The notes under the pieces are model-generated. The model worked only from the letters and a program-made list of their open reading frames with translations. It did not search any database and was not told the DNA's origin. Both the position numbers and the translations under genes were made by a program. Shown here piece after piece: positions 1 to 11,981 of a DNA stretch of 64,000 nt; position 1 is the first letter of the stretch, and every line of letters starts with the position of its first letter. The DNA lies in assembly GCA_023515725.1 (NCBI GenBank), contig JALDTO010000146.1:124001-188000 (forward strand). Direction: 5' to 3'. Source of the DNA: Amoeboaphelidium protococcarum X5. Taxonomy: Eukaryota > Fungi > Aphelidiomycota.

Positions 1-1584
1 ACATCAAAGATGAGACGCGCTGAAGATCTGAAACGCGTTTCAACTTTTGGCTTTCGCGGTGAAGCTCTACATGCAATCTCTAATTGTTGTAAATTTTTGA
101 AAATTAGCTCTAAACTTGCATCTGAAACTGTTGGCAGAAGCTGTGTGATAACGGATGGTAAACGCGAGCATGAAAGTGTTGCGATGAATACTGGTACATC
201 CGTGGTAGTTGAGTAATTGCTTTTTAACCTGCCCGTGAGACGTCAAGAAGCTTATAAACATCGACAGAATGTTCCACAGTAAATACGGAATCTAATTGAT
301 CATTACTGGGTGTGTCATCACGGTGTGAAATTCATTTTGAAGTTCTTGCACTGCAACAAATAACTGTCTAAGAAAGTTGTTACGCGTCCAGTGGTTCCGT
401 CTCAGCAAGATGCATTGAAGCTGATCAATGGCCCTCTGCTCAGTCACCACATGACCAATATTTCACATTCTCTAAGCGTGTAGTCTGGCTGCTATAAAGT
501 TGATCTGTATGTTCCAAAGTTTGACTCTACTCCATCTGTTGTAAGTAAAACGAAGGCAGAAGATGCTCACTTTGTCTACTTGAACGGGCGCCCAGTTGAT
601 ATGCCGTTCGTTCCTAAGATTTTACGTGAACAATACAAATCAGTTGACGATCGGTTCAATGTGACGCGGAAGTTATTCATTGTAGCATAATTTCAAATTC
701 CACTTGATGTGTTTGACATAAACCTGGATCCCTCCAAAGAGTCTGTGCTGTTCCATGATCAAGACGCTGTGGAAAAATTGGTGGTCGACGCGATTCAGAC
801 CGAAATTGCACAATATCGCAGGAGTGCGTAATCTAAGCAGCCAATTCACTAAAAATCTGTCGTTGACGCCGTAATGTCTGTGGATGTTGAAATTGCTTCT
901 CCTCGCGTAGTCTAAGCTCCTCAGAGCGTTTCAACCGCTTTATCTCACACATTGACTATCAATGCTGATCAGTTGGAGACTTAATGTTGCAATTACTTGA
1001 AAAATATATATTCGGAAGAAGTCAGCAAAAGTCCGTAACAAATTGTGGGAACTTTTAATGACATTGTAGTAATTGAGCAAAGTACCAAGAAGCTGAAGTG
1101 CTTCAAAATTAGCGACCTGTTGGTTTAGTAATTTTAACACTATGGCTCTAATCTGAAGATTTCTGATATATAATCGTGTTCCATCGTAATTAAAAAGGAA
1201 GACGTTGAACCGGAGTTGTGGGATTTCATGTAATTAATCAAGGGCGATAATCAATTTTAACAGTTCATGGCAAAGGAAGGCTTCCAGTTCTCGTTTCAAG
1301 ACCAACTGGTTTGTGTAACTGCATGTCCTGCCAACCAATCTGCCTCTGCCAGCAATAATTTCATCAACCAAGTCAAAAAGTGGATGGAATGTTGGCCGTA
1401 TACAGCCAATCTGTGTGAGCATGCTATTCTATCGCAAGATTAAATCTAACATCAAGTGCTTAACATTCTGCGCGAGATATCTGGCATGACAACTGTTAGC
1501 CAAAAGATTGCATACCTCAATTAGCTTATCAGAACGTCCACCACTGAGCTGAACGTCACATCATACGATTTGACAACGCTGTGA
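1..1584 (+). CDS. MutL-family DNA mismatch repair protein (PMS1/MLH2-like), 5' partial
   Basis: Frame 1 with TAR=Gln: TSK..TFGFRGEAL, LFNLPVRR, FVYLNGRPVD, FDINLDPSKESV (GHKL ATPase plus transducer domain); first in-frame TGA at 1582-1584. No DQHAxxE endonuclease motif or MLH1 FERC tail seen. Confidence 0.9.
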
Positions 1585-1699
1585 ATCAATGTTCGTTAAC
1601 TGCATGACAATCTATCGCAATAATTCAACGCGGCCCTTGCGATGATAATAAAGCTTTGTGAATCTCCAACTGTTTTCTCTCTTCTCTTTAAAGCACGCG

Positions 1700-2702
1700 A
1701 TGGATCAGACGGAGAACATTCTGAAATTGGTCAATAAACTTGATACACTCGACTCTGACAACTCTCTACATGAATCTTTAAGTAAAAACAATAATATTAA
1801 TCTTGTCAACTCTTATTATTAAATATATCTGTGTAGAACTCGAGTTTCGGACACATTTGTCCAAGTTGTAACTCTTGGATCGACCGTCATTTAGGCAGTA
1901 TCTTCAGTCAGTGCAACCGAGTGGATATGTCAAAGCATCTATCGATCTCATAGACAAACTGATAAACTATTAGTATAATACTGATCGAGTACTATCTTCA
2001 ATTAGTTCTAGCGAAAGTTTTATATATGCCAAATCCCTCGCTCTCATAAAAGTAATTTCTCACTTGGAACCAATTAACATGATTCAACGAATTTTTATCT
2101 ATGTGTAGACTGGAAAGCTTATGGATGGTCTTTAAATCCTCGTTATTGACTATGGCGATTACTCAATGGCTGAATTAATGTGTTAATAAGCATGTGAACG
2201 TTACCTTGACGCGTTTAATGTTCTTCTGAAGATTTGCAGTCTAATTGAGAATGAACTCTATCGATTAAATCTTATGGAATATTATACTCTACGCTACTTT
2301 CGACACATCTCTCTATCTACGTTATGTGAGTGTTTAAGTAAAGATTTGAAAATCGCACAAGCTGCGCCAATGCTGTAACTCATTCTCAGCAGGCATCGAT
2401 CTCTGCAGCGATAGTAGGAAGTTCGACGAAACTTGGCGCAAGTGCTGGCCTTTGATGTCAACTATAACAGAATGGACCTGTAATCGAAAATGACAATCTT
2501 ACTGGATAGAGATGCGTCATATGTATGCTCATTTTGCTCCAAGGCACTTGATATCGCGTAAGAGATGTATGTTGAGCATATATTTGACGCTGGTGGACAG
2601 CCACATCCCGGCTCACTCTTCCATGTCAAGTGTTATGATATCAAAATGCAATAAGATAAAGACAGATAGTCTCAGCTCAATAGAAAAGGCTACCTGTAAT
2701 GA
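1700..2702 (+). CDS. Short Vps39/Vps3/TGFBRAP1-like protein (alpha-solenoid plus C-terminal Zn finger), one predicted intron 1782-1836
   Basis: ATG 1700; removing a 55-nt GT..AG AT-rich intron restores an open frame to TGA 2700-2702. ILVIDYGDYSMAELMC and CSFCSK...PGSLFHVKC resemble Vps39 C-terminal motifs. Confidence 0.6.
1782..1836 (+). other. Predicted spliceosomal intron (55 nt)
   Basis: GTAAAA...GTGTAG, AT-rich; removal joins ATG 1700 to the long downstream frame. Confidence 0.55.
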
Positions 2703-2843
2703 AGCTTGTTTCATGTGTAAAATATAGATAATAATTTCAGATAGAATTTAAATTTTACCACTATAATTTATTCACCGAATCGTCACATTGACAATACTCC
2801 TAATCAGCACGTCAGCAATTGTAATTCCACAATACCACGAATT

Positions 2844-5282
2844 TCAAACCGATTGTCTTCCGGTTAATCCACTAGTGCTCGTAGTCTTTGGGATTGTAAA
2901 TATCTTATCAGGATGTACTAGTGCACCAAGAGCACGACGTTCACGATTGCTCAGCAATTGCAAGCCCACTTTGAATGATGAATTCATCCAACCGAAGCCT
3001 TCACGAGGGATGAACTTGAAATCTATGCCCACATTGCCATACTCGACATTCACCTTATGATTTAATGAGACAATATCAAACTTCTCAGGAACTACTCCAT
3101 TAAAGTCAACGAAGGCTTTCGTAATTGTGAATAGCCATCTATAAGCAAACCTACGAGCCACCTCCTCATAACCATACATTTGAAGACCTTTCCAAGCGAT
3201 GACCTGATGTGGCGCCCATCCAAACGGAAAGTCCCACTGACGATTGGGACGAGATAGACCGATAGTGCCCCGGCTTTTCTCCGTACCACTTACTAGTCCG
3301 CCTTAGACTTCAAATAACTAAATAGCTCTAATCACAACACGATCAGCTTAATGTTTACTGGCGCATCCGGCCCACAGAGGAAAGAAAGTCGTGACAGACT
3401 CGTATGGATTCTGAGCATTCTGCTTAATGTCATAATCAAAATACATACCTTCTTCCTCATTCCACAGATACTTATCAATGATTTCCTTTCGATGTGTAGC
3501 TTTTCTAAACCAGTCCTCGCTCTTTTCCACTCCGCCATCATAGTTGGTAAAGTTATCTCCAAATACATCTCTAATCACGGTGGCAATATCAATCTCATAT
3601 TTGTAGAGGAGAGCATTCAAATCCACAGGACAAATAGAGGCACATTTACCTTCAAGTCTGTAAGTGGTGTCATGTCCACTTTCTCTTACAGCTCTATCAT
3701 GAATGAAATACTCATCCAACTCAGGCTCCACAATAGATCCGTCGTTGTACTTCTCAGAGAATGCAGGGATATTAAGGCCATATTTATCAGCAAATGGTTT
3801 AAGCACAGCATCAAAGTGGGACGCTTCAGTCTCTGGCGGCATTCCTTTACCCTCCCCGTGGAATCTACTCAGACCAATGGACTCAACATATCGAGGTGAG
3901 GACATCCAAACATTGTTATACTCTTTGATGGCAGCCCGGAACACTTCTGCCAGCCATTTCTTGTTACTCTCTGCATCATCTTTGGGAAGACATTCGTAGA
4001 CTTTCAGTGCCATATCAGTAAGAAATGGAGGTTGAGAGCGTGTGAGGTAGTAGCTACGATTAGCATTCAAAATTTTCCCGTAATGTTTAATAGAGTACAC
4101 GAAATTGTCCACCATGGCTCTAGATAAAGAAATTCTACCATCCACAAGAAGACCAAGCATTGCAAAGTATGAATCCCAGCCGTACATTTCATTAAATCTT
4201 CCACCAGGGACAACGAAAGGACATCCACGTATGGTCTCAACCCCACTCTCATCTTGCGTCTTTTTGAGAGCCAGTGCCAATATACCAGGCATTCCATTTA
4301 TAGATTTCACATAATCTGGCGTGACATTTTTAGGCAACTAAATTACATCCAAGTTCAAGTGTGGCTTTTCAGAAGCTACTCTATTATAATACTACAGAGC
4401 TTCTGGATCATCATAGGGAACATAGATGCGCGGTCTATGATTACCATGTCTATTCTTTGGATCTAGGCAGATCATCTCAAGTCCATCAGAGTCGATTCTA
4501 CGAGTCAATCCGTCCCAAAAGTGATGCTTGATCATCCTTGAGAGACGATCAACGGGATTCTCAAGCAGGCGGCTTTCTTCAATGACAATATGAGATCTGC
4601 CATGATCGGCTGCTAGAGCCAGCTCTTGCAATAGATTAGCCAATGCATAAGTGCCACGAACCTCGTGCTTGCGATGACCCATAGATGCCAGTGTACCAAG
4701 AGGCAGAATTTTGGGACCTTTATCAGTGATTGTAATCTAGAAATCACCATCAGTATCTTCTTGTGCCAAAATACGCTACTATGTCTTCTCCACCGGGATA
4801 AAGAGCTACAATGGGACACTAGTCTTCTCATCATGAGAGTGCCTTCTACGGATCCGATGCTTCTCCGACTCTTCGATAATGGCTGGTGGTATCTTTAAAG
4901 GCTTATGGGCAGCAGCCGCTTTCTATTTAACACCATTAGCAGAATGTGATGTAAAATTTGAATCAACACTGACGTGAGAATTCAAGGCCATCTGCATCTC
5001 AGTATCACTACTAAACTCAGCATCACTACCGTCTTAATCGGCAACCACTTTGGCAGCGTGTGTAGCCGGCAGATCAAAGGAATTCATAAACTCGATACTC
5101 ATGGTACGATGACGCTAAATAATCTTGCTACTAGTGCCATGGGCTATTGCATGATCATAATCATAATGAGGATCTCTATCTTCCAGCTCCAAGTGAGGAT
5201 TCACCACAGGACTGCTATTTCTAGAATATCTATCCTTGAACTCCTACTATTTGTGCTTTGCAACGTTTAACATTTTTGACAT
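2844..5282 (-). CDS. NTH1: Neutral trehalase (GH37) with N-terminal regulatory region and Ca-binding motif
   Basis: [59 protein letters not shown]; Ca-binding EDTDGDFQITITD; single frame of 812 aa ending in TGA. Confidence 0.96.
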
Positions 5283-6404
5283 TTAATAACCAGACCAATA
5301 TGAGCTACTTTTAGTCTGTGATTCTAAGGTATTACTTCAGTTTCTCTAGCAATGTGGAGTGATAATGATCAAACTAAAGAGAACAATTGTGTCAATCTTT
5401 AGAGTAAAAGAGAGAGAGAGGAAACCGAAAAGGGAAAAGATGAAACAGATCGAACAGCAGCGATGAAAAGAGAGAGCGAAAGTAGGCAGTGACGGCCAAT
5501 GAGATGATTCGAATTCGATCAGGCGCGCGTGATCTTGCGGTTCGTCATCGATCGACATCACTTTGTTGTTTCACATTGACACTTTGGTTGTATAACCGCT
5601 AGTGTGGTCCTCAATATAGTGACCAAACTCTGATAGCGTTGAAATTATTGTTGCTTTTCCTTTAAGCGTTTCAATGGATTTATTAACGGAAATCTCTTGA
5701 CTTTAGCTTCCTTTGCACCTCAGCTTCAATGTACACACGGTTGATTTTGTGCGTACTTGGTGAGACGATACGAACTTTTGATTCAAATTAGCGATTTGAT
5801 AATGCTCGTAATATAATAGAAAATGCCTCGGAATTGAGTATTGAGTCCCTTTAGACTCTCTAAATCCAGATAGAAAATAATTGCCGCGTTATTTGAGCGT
5901 ATTATAGGCGGGGTACTGTTGACTTTAAATTTTTATATATATCTAGACAGTCTAGCCTTAACAGACTATATAACAATTGGATGTAAGCTATCAAGATTTA
6001 ATTTGTAAAAATCAAAGTAAAAGATCTCAAACATACGTCAAAGCTTCCCGTTAATTACTCTGTGATATTAGTGTAATGTGCGTATACTCGGTACTCTGAT
6101 TTTGCAATACAAGCCAAATCTTTGCATAATCAGTTAAAGCTCACATTGAAGAAGTGACACTTTCCCGATTGACTATAAGTGTGGTATGTGAGTGTTACAA
6201 CTTTTAATTTTGCATGCTCTCCTCAGGTATGTTTCTTGTTACAATTTAGTGTTGATATATCCCCACAACCACCGCTGCCGGAATCTGTGAATGGGCAATT
6301 TGCGGCTTATATCATCTAATTAGTAATTAATCAGATTGCCTTCTCTCCCTCATTGCTATTGCACTGTACAGTATAGAGGTAGTAGCATAGAGTGATCATA
6401 CATA

Positions 6405-7724
6405 ATGGTTAGTTTTTGGTTTACAACTGTGACTCTGCTCTTACCGCAACTAATCTTCTCTGTCCAAAATCGTTATTATGGCCTTGATATGAGCACTAGT
6501 GTTAGGGTGAGCTCTGATGGCTCACTCTGGATGGCGGGCTCGTTAGGCGGTAAATACGCTCTCTACCATTTCTCTCCTGCTACCTAGAGCCCAATCGGTT
6601 CAATTACCACTTTTGGCGAAGGATCAGGTAACGTCATATCTGCCATCAGCATCGACTCTGCGACACAAGAAATTTACGCTGCTGGCTCTTGCACTACGGC
6701 GTTCAATGGCTAAACTCTGATAGGTGGTGGTGATATTGCTCTGGTCAAGCTTAACCGTGTTGGTACTGTGATGTGGACTATGATATTTGGCTCTTAGTAT
6801 CTCGATGTCCCCAAGTCTGTCTTTGTTGACTCTTACAATCAGTTTGTGTATGTGGTTGGCTACACAAATGGTAAGATTAACAAGGGCCTCGACACTTAAT
6901 CAGCAGAAACATAGTGCTTCATTTCCAAGTATTCAACTGATACGACTCATATATGGACGATTCAGAAATCGGCAGCTGGTGGCTGCGAATATAGATCTAT
7001 AGTTGTGTCTACGAATCCGAATGGTTACCTGTATGTTGGTGGTGTCTTCAGTGGAGTCCACGCATACTTTGGGGTCTTCTCTCCAACTAACGGGGCACTG
7101 CTAAAAGAGTTTGAACTCAGCTCTGATTTTGGAATCTCTGGCTTCAATGCGATCGCTCTAAGTCTCGCACAGGATAAGGTGTATGCTGCCGGTTTCATCA
7201 GTGCTCCTATTGACGGATCATCAACGTATGGTGGTTATGATTTCTGGGTTACCGCATTTGATTCAAGCGGTAATAAACTTGCGTAGAGTATGGTTTATGG
7301 CTCGCCTGAAGCCGATGTTCTTGAGGCAATTGATGTTGATTTCTTCTCTGGCAATGTGTGGGTATCTGGATGGTCTCGAGGATTGCTGATTTCTGAAGGC
7401 TACTTTACCTTGGCCCAGCTTGGTGTCCTCACTGCAGATGGTTATTTTGCTGAAATAAATCCCGTTACTTTGGCTCGTGGTACTTCGTAGTTGTTATACA
7501 TGGGCGGTGCTCCTTGGGAAGATATTGGCAGAGGAATCGTAGTTGATGGTTATGGAATCGTTAATGTCGCTCACCACTTTTTCTATAATACTGATCAATA
7601 TGGCACTTTGCTTACTGAAAATGCGCAATAAAGGCCATTGCAAGCTATGATAACCACTGCTACAAAGAAGATTACGACTACAACAACTACCACTACCACG
7701 ACTACAACTACCACAACGACAACC

Positions 7725-7757
<33 letters not shown>

Positions 7758-9365
7758 CCGACGACTCCGACGACTACGACTACGACTACAACCACTACTA
7801 CGACTACAACAACGACCACTCCTACGACGACGACCACTACTACTACCACCACTACGACCACCCCTACTACTACTACTACCACTGCCACCATTACTACTAC
7901 TATCACTACTACGACTACGACTACAACCACGACCACTACTACAAGAGCAACTCACACTAGCACAACAACTACTACCGCGACAACGACGACAACGACGACG
8001 ACAACAACAACAACCTTTACTCCTACTATCACTACTACGACTACTCCAACTATAAGCGCGACCGAAGTCGCTGCATCCATCACTGCATCTGCTTTTACTT
8101 TATTTAGTGTATCTACTGTTGCTGTGACTAATACTTCTACTGCGTAACTTGGTTTGTCGGCGTCAAGTTTAATGTCTGCTAACAGTTCGATGACGGTTAC
8201 AAGTATGCCATCTTCAATGTCGGATAGTAGCCTGAATGTTTAGAACTCACTCACCAGCTCCTAAAATTTCTTGTCCTGTGCATTCTGTGGGCCTTTCAAT
8301 GGTGTAGGAGCCGTATCTAAAAGCAGCACCACCACACAAGATCAGCGAGATTTAGTGTAACCCGCAAATTCTAATCCAAATGGGTAATTTGCGGTACAAG
8401 TGCTTAGTATTTTGGCCTATGTGATTATAGCTTTGGCATCTATTGCTGCCAGTCTTTTAATGCTGAGGAGATATGGGCGCAAAAGACCAATGTTTGCTGA
8501 TAGTACAAAAGCTGGTACAGAATCTACTTACTAGCAGAACACTGCATCAGTTTTTGGAACTGCTATGTAGACTAACACTACTGCGCTGCCTACCAATTAC
8601 GCTATTTACATCCCAGCTTTCCTCAGGTTTAATTTTGGGGTTGACTTTTAGGTGCTGAATTATATTGCTGCCGGTGGAATGTCCAAGATTTACATGGCTC
8701 GTCCTATTGCTCCATCACTGGTTTAAAACGTTGGAAGTGACTAAATTGTGGCAAAGGTTAGTAAGCGTCAATTTACTTAAATGCAAGCTAGTGAATAGCA
8801 GGCCTTTTATCAAGAGCTTAGTCTACTGTACAAGTTCAGAGATGTTCCGTCAATTACAAAGCTGCACGGCTTTTGTGATACTAACGAAGCCGTGATGCTG
8901 ATCAAATGTTATCATATGGGCGATTTATCTGATTATGCTCTTGGATAGAGCAGCGCTGCTGAAATGTATCCGATGTCCAAGAATTAGTTGCATAAACTGT
9001 TACATATTCTGTCTCAAACTATCGCTTACATGCATAGCCAGCATATTGTACATTGTGATCTAAAACCGCAAAATGTGCTGTTGGATGTGGATGAGAATGG
9101 TTGGCTTATTCCTATACTTTCAGATCTTGGTATCTCTGCTATCACGGACGATAGCGCTCTATTAGTGTAAGCGTTCCAAGTTAGCTAGTAGCGTGGATTG
9201 TCTCTATCCTATGCTGCGCCTGAGCTATTAACTAGATTCAGAATGCGCTTTACCGAAACATCTCCTCATATTTTGAAAGCTGGTGATGTGTACGCGCTGT
9301 CCATAATCATTGTCAATCTGCTTACTCGCACTAAGCCTTGGTCTGTCTAACAGCGCTTCTGGTGA
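6405..9365 (+). CDS. Receptor-like protein kinase 1: signal peptide, SBBP-like beta-propeller, Thr-rich stalk, TM, kinase domain truncated after subdomain IX
   Basis: One frame of 986 aa with TAR=Gln. GGGDIALVKLNRVGTVMWTMIFGS and GGYDFWVTAFDSSG repeats; poly-Thr at ~7670-8045; TM VLSILAYVIIALASIAASLLML followed by RR; IAAGGMSKIY, VAK, HCDLKPQN, DLG, YAAPE, DVYALS. Confidence 0.88.
7670..8045 (+). repeat. ACN trinucleotide low-complexity tract encoding a poly-Thr mucin-like stalk
   Basis: Mixed ACT/ACA/ACG/ACC codons in frame within RLK1. Confidence 0.9.
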
Positions 9366-9552
9366 ATGAAATGGTTGAAAGAGAGAATTGTAAAAAGCAA
9401 ACGAAGGGTCATACAGGATGAAAGTAACGCAATGTAATAGAAGATGATACAGGTTGAAAGTTTATAATCTTAAGTTATCAGACTCGTAAAATTATTTTTC
9501 TTGACGCACATAAAGCACGACGCAATAAAGTAGAGTGAGACTGCAGCGAGAT

Positions 9553-10914
9553 TCATGTTAGCATAAACTTCACATTAGAGTAATGGTCCAGTAGAGGCAC
9601 ATCTCCAGACACAGTTTTACAGTTGTCTAGCTGTCCATACTTGAGAAAAAAGTCGCGATGCTTCATTACCTAAACATCCAGCATATCTTTCTACTACACA
9701 TCCTCCTATGTAATCAGTCGGTACATTGAAGACATTAGTTCAAAGTCCGTGGCAAAGAATATATCGAACCATCCTTTGGGTAGTAGATACGTGGTACAAG
9801 GTATCATCTAGAAACGCTACCGAGTCTAGGCTATAGGAGCATTCAATCCAGGAATTTTAGTCCGCAAAGAGTCAAAATCTGACAGGATCAATTTATGACG
9901 CGGGAAGTATTACGATAATTACTTAAAAAATTGCATCTACATGGTGGGAATCCACTCAGGTTCAGAAAGGCCAACACCAAATGGATTAAACTTCTGTCTG
10001 AGGCGATCCAACATGCTCATCTACTAAACTACGGGAGATGGGCAGCCGATTATCTACGATCTTAACTCCAGATACTCCTATATCAGATCATCAGTCACCG
10101 GCTAATAGCTTTCCACAAATTTATCCAATTCAGGGTCAAAATGCACCAGAGTCTCGTATGGCTATTACTACTACTTTGGATGGGAATCTAAACTCCATCG
10201 CACGGCATCATGAGCAAAATTGTCAATCACCTCAAGTGCGATGAAATAACACCTTCTACTCTCAACCTTTTTCCAATTAAATATGCTTTTGTTAATAATA
10301 TTGATATTCCCATGTTATTAAACAGCTTTCCTGAGTTTCTATTTCTTTGCCAAGTTGTCTGATATTTCTATAATGTTGTACTCTGCAGATTCGTATAGCG
10401 ATCGATTCTTGCTCTTGACGTATGACATTACATCCTTCATTAACGTACCATTTCCAGCTCCCATCTCATAAATTACCAAACGTTCTTCTCCATACTACTT
10501 CTATTACTACTCATGATTGCGCAAAATATACTCGGCAATGGCATTTGCATAGTGGGGCCGAAATAATTCTGTGGGAGTATGCCAAATCTGAGCACTGGCA
10601 TCATCTTTCAGCTCATCAAATCTCTTATAATAAGATGAAATTAAATCCTAAAACTCCCCAGTATTCTTAAGCTAACTATAATCAATAGGTCGAGGCAGTG
10701 AGAATATCAGAGCGCGTTTACTAAAGTATCCATACTCTGGATTGTACAAAGAGTCATGTATAAACTCTCTCGTCAACTCCTTCTAAACACCATCATGACG
10801 CGTAATATTGTTCATATTCGCCACTTTAGAACCTTGTAATTGGATAGAGAATCTGACTGTCTATCGCTTATAGAAGCGTTTGCTTAGCTGTATCGAATAT
10901 CGCGCAGTTAACAT
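9553..10914 (-). CDS. Mitochondrial SAM-dependent methyltransferase, NDUFAF7/MidA (DUF185) family, fungal type
   Basis: LTREFIHDSLYNPEYGYFSK, LNAPIAQTR, TYLLPKGWFDIFFATDF; Arg-rich N-terminus; 453 aa; not visible in the standard-code track. Confidence 0.85.
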
Positions 10915-11499
10915 CGTTGTGAGTATATCAAATGTTCTAGAGCTTTGAAGATTTAATAACGCCAAGTAGAGTCAAGACGATAAAACGCGGTAAATGTAAA
11001 ATTCAAAGTAATCTATTCCACACATCATTGAAAAGTTGTTGTCAAAGCATCATTTTCGTTGATCATTCATTACGCAATACTTGACTTGGTGTTTGATAAT
11101 ACACTAGTCACTTTACTATTGCCCGTATTATCATCATCATCATCTCCGTCACTCCCAGTGTGAATGACAAAATTCGTGTCTACAAACGAGAGACTATATA
11201 AAGGCTTCAGTATACTCTCTAGCAGTGGATCTTCTTTGAAACTAGAGGATATGTCAATTGGTGCGCTGAGTTCTTGATCTGCACCGGTGATAGTTGCTAA
11301 TGCCAGACCTGCCTATTCTCTTCTTCTACGTTCAGGTGATGGAATTTTACAGTCGTTTTGCAACTGCGACAATTGTCGCTGCTCTGATTACACCATGTGC
11401 GACATTTGTCGCTGTTGAACAATTCTAATTCTAAGTTGAACCAAGACAGTAGACAATGAAACGAATGGTTTTGATAACCGTATTCGAAGTCCATTCTCT

Positions 11500-11856
11500 T
11501 CAGGGCACGTTTTATGACGAGATTGAACTTTAATCAGTTCTGTCAATGCAGCTTTTCAACTCTGTGACATTTGTCGCACATGTCTTAGTGAAAAAGTTTG
11601 CTTTATCCAACACGAGGAATATGTATTAGTTTAATTCAATTGCTGTTTGTACATTCAAGCTAATCATCATTTTGTGTACTGTAAAGAGGTCTCTAATAGA
11701 TATTTATAACACTGACACGCTACTTGAAACGTCGTCCTTTTTCAACGACTGAGTATCAACAATCTGGATGGTTTTGATACGTTCGATCTTTGAAAAGGGA
11801 GTCTCTAGAAAAATCCCCTCAGAGAACTCACGACTTTACACGGTTTCCTGTTTCAT
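11500..11856 (-). CDS. Hypothetical protein (118 aa) or gene fragment
   Basis: ATG..TGA frame with TAR=Gln (MKQETVQSREFSEGIFLETPFSKIERIKTI...); no recognisable motif. Confidence 0.25.
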
Positions 11857-11981
11857 TGCACTCAATTGAGTAATTATAGAGCAAGTACGCGTTGATCGAG
11901 GTTGGTACTTTCTACAACATCGTAGTAGTTTTGTTTCTCAATCTTATCATTTGTTACAATCAAATTTGCTGTACTTTGATC

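Noticed and set aside
7494-7955. Poly-Val and Ser/Gly/Arg-rich ORFs on the minus strand (likewise 18238-18876 + and 18401-18817 -)
   Set aside because: Antisense or off-frame shadows of the poly-Thr stalks of the receptor kinases.
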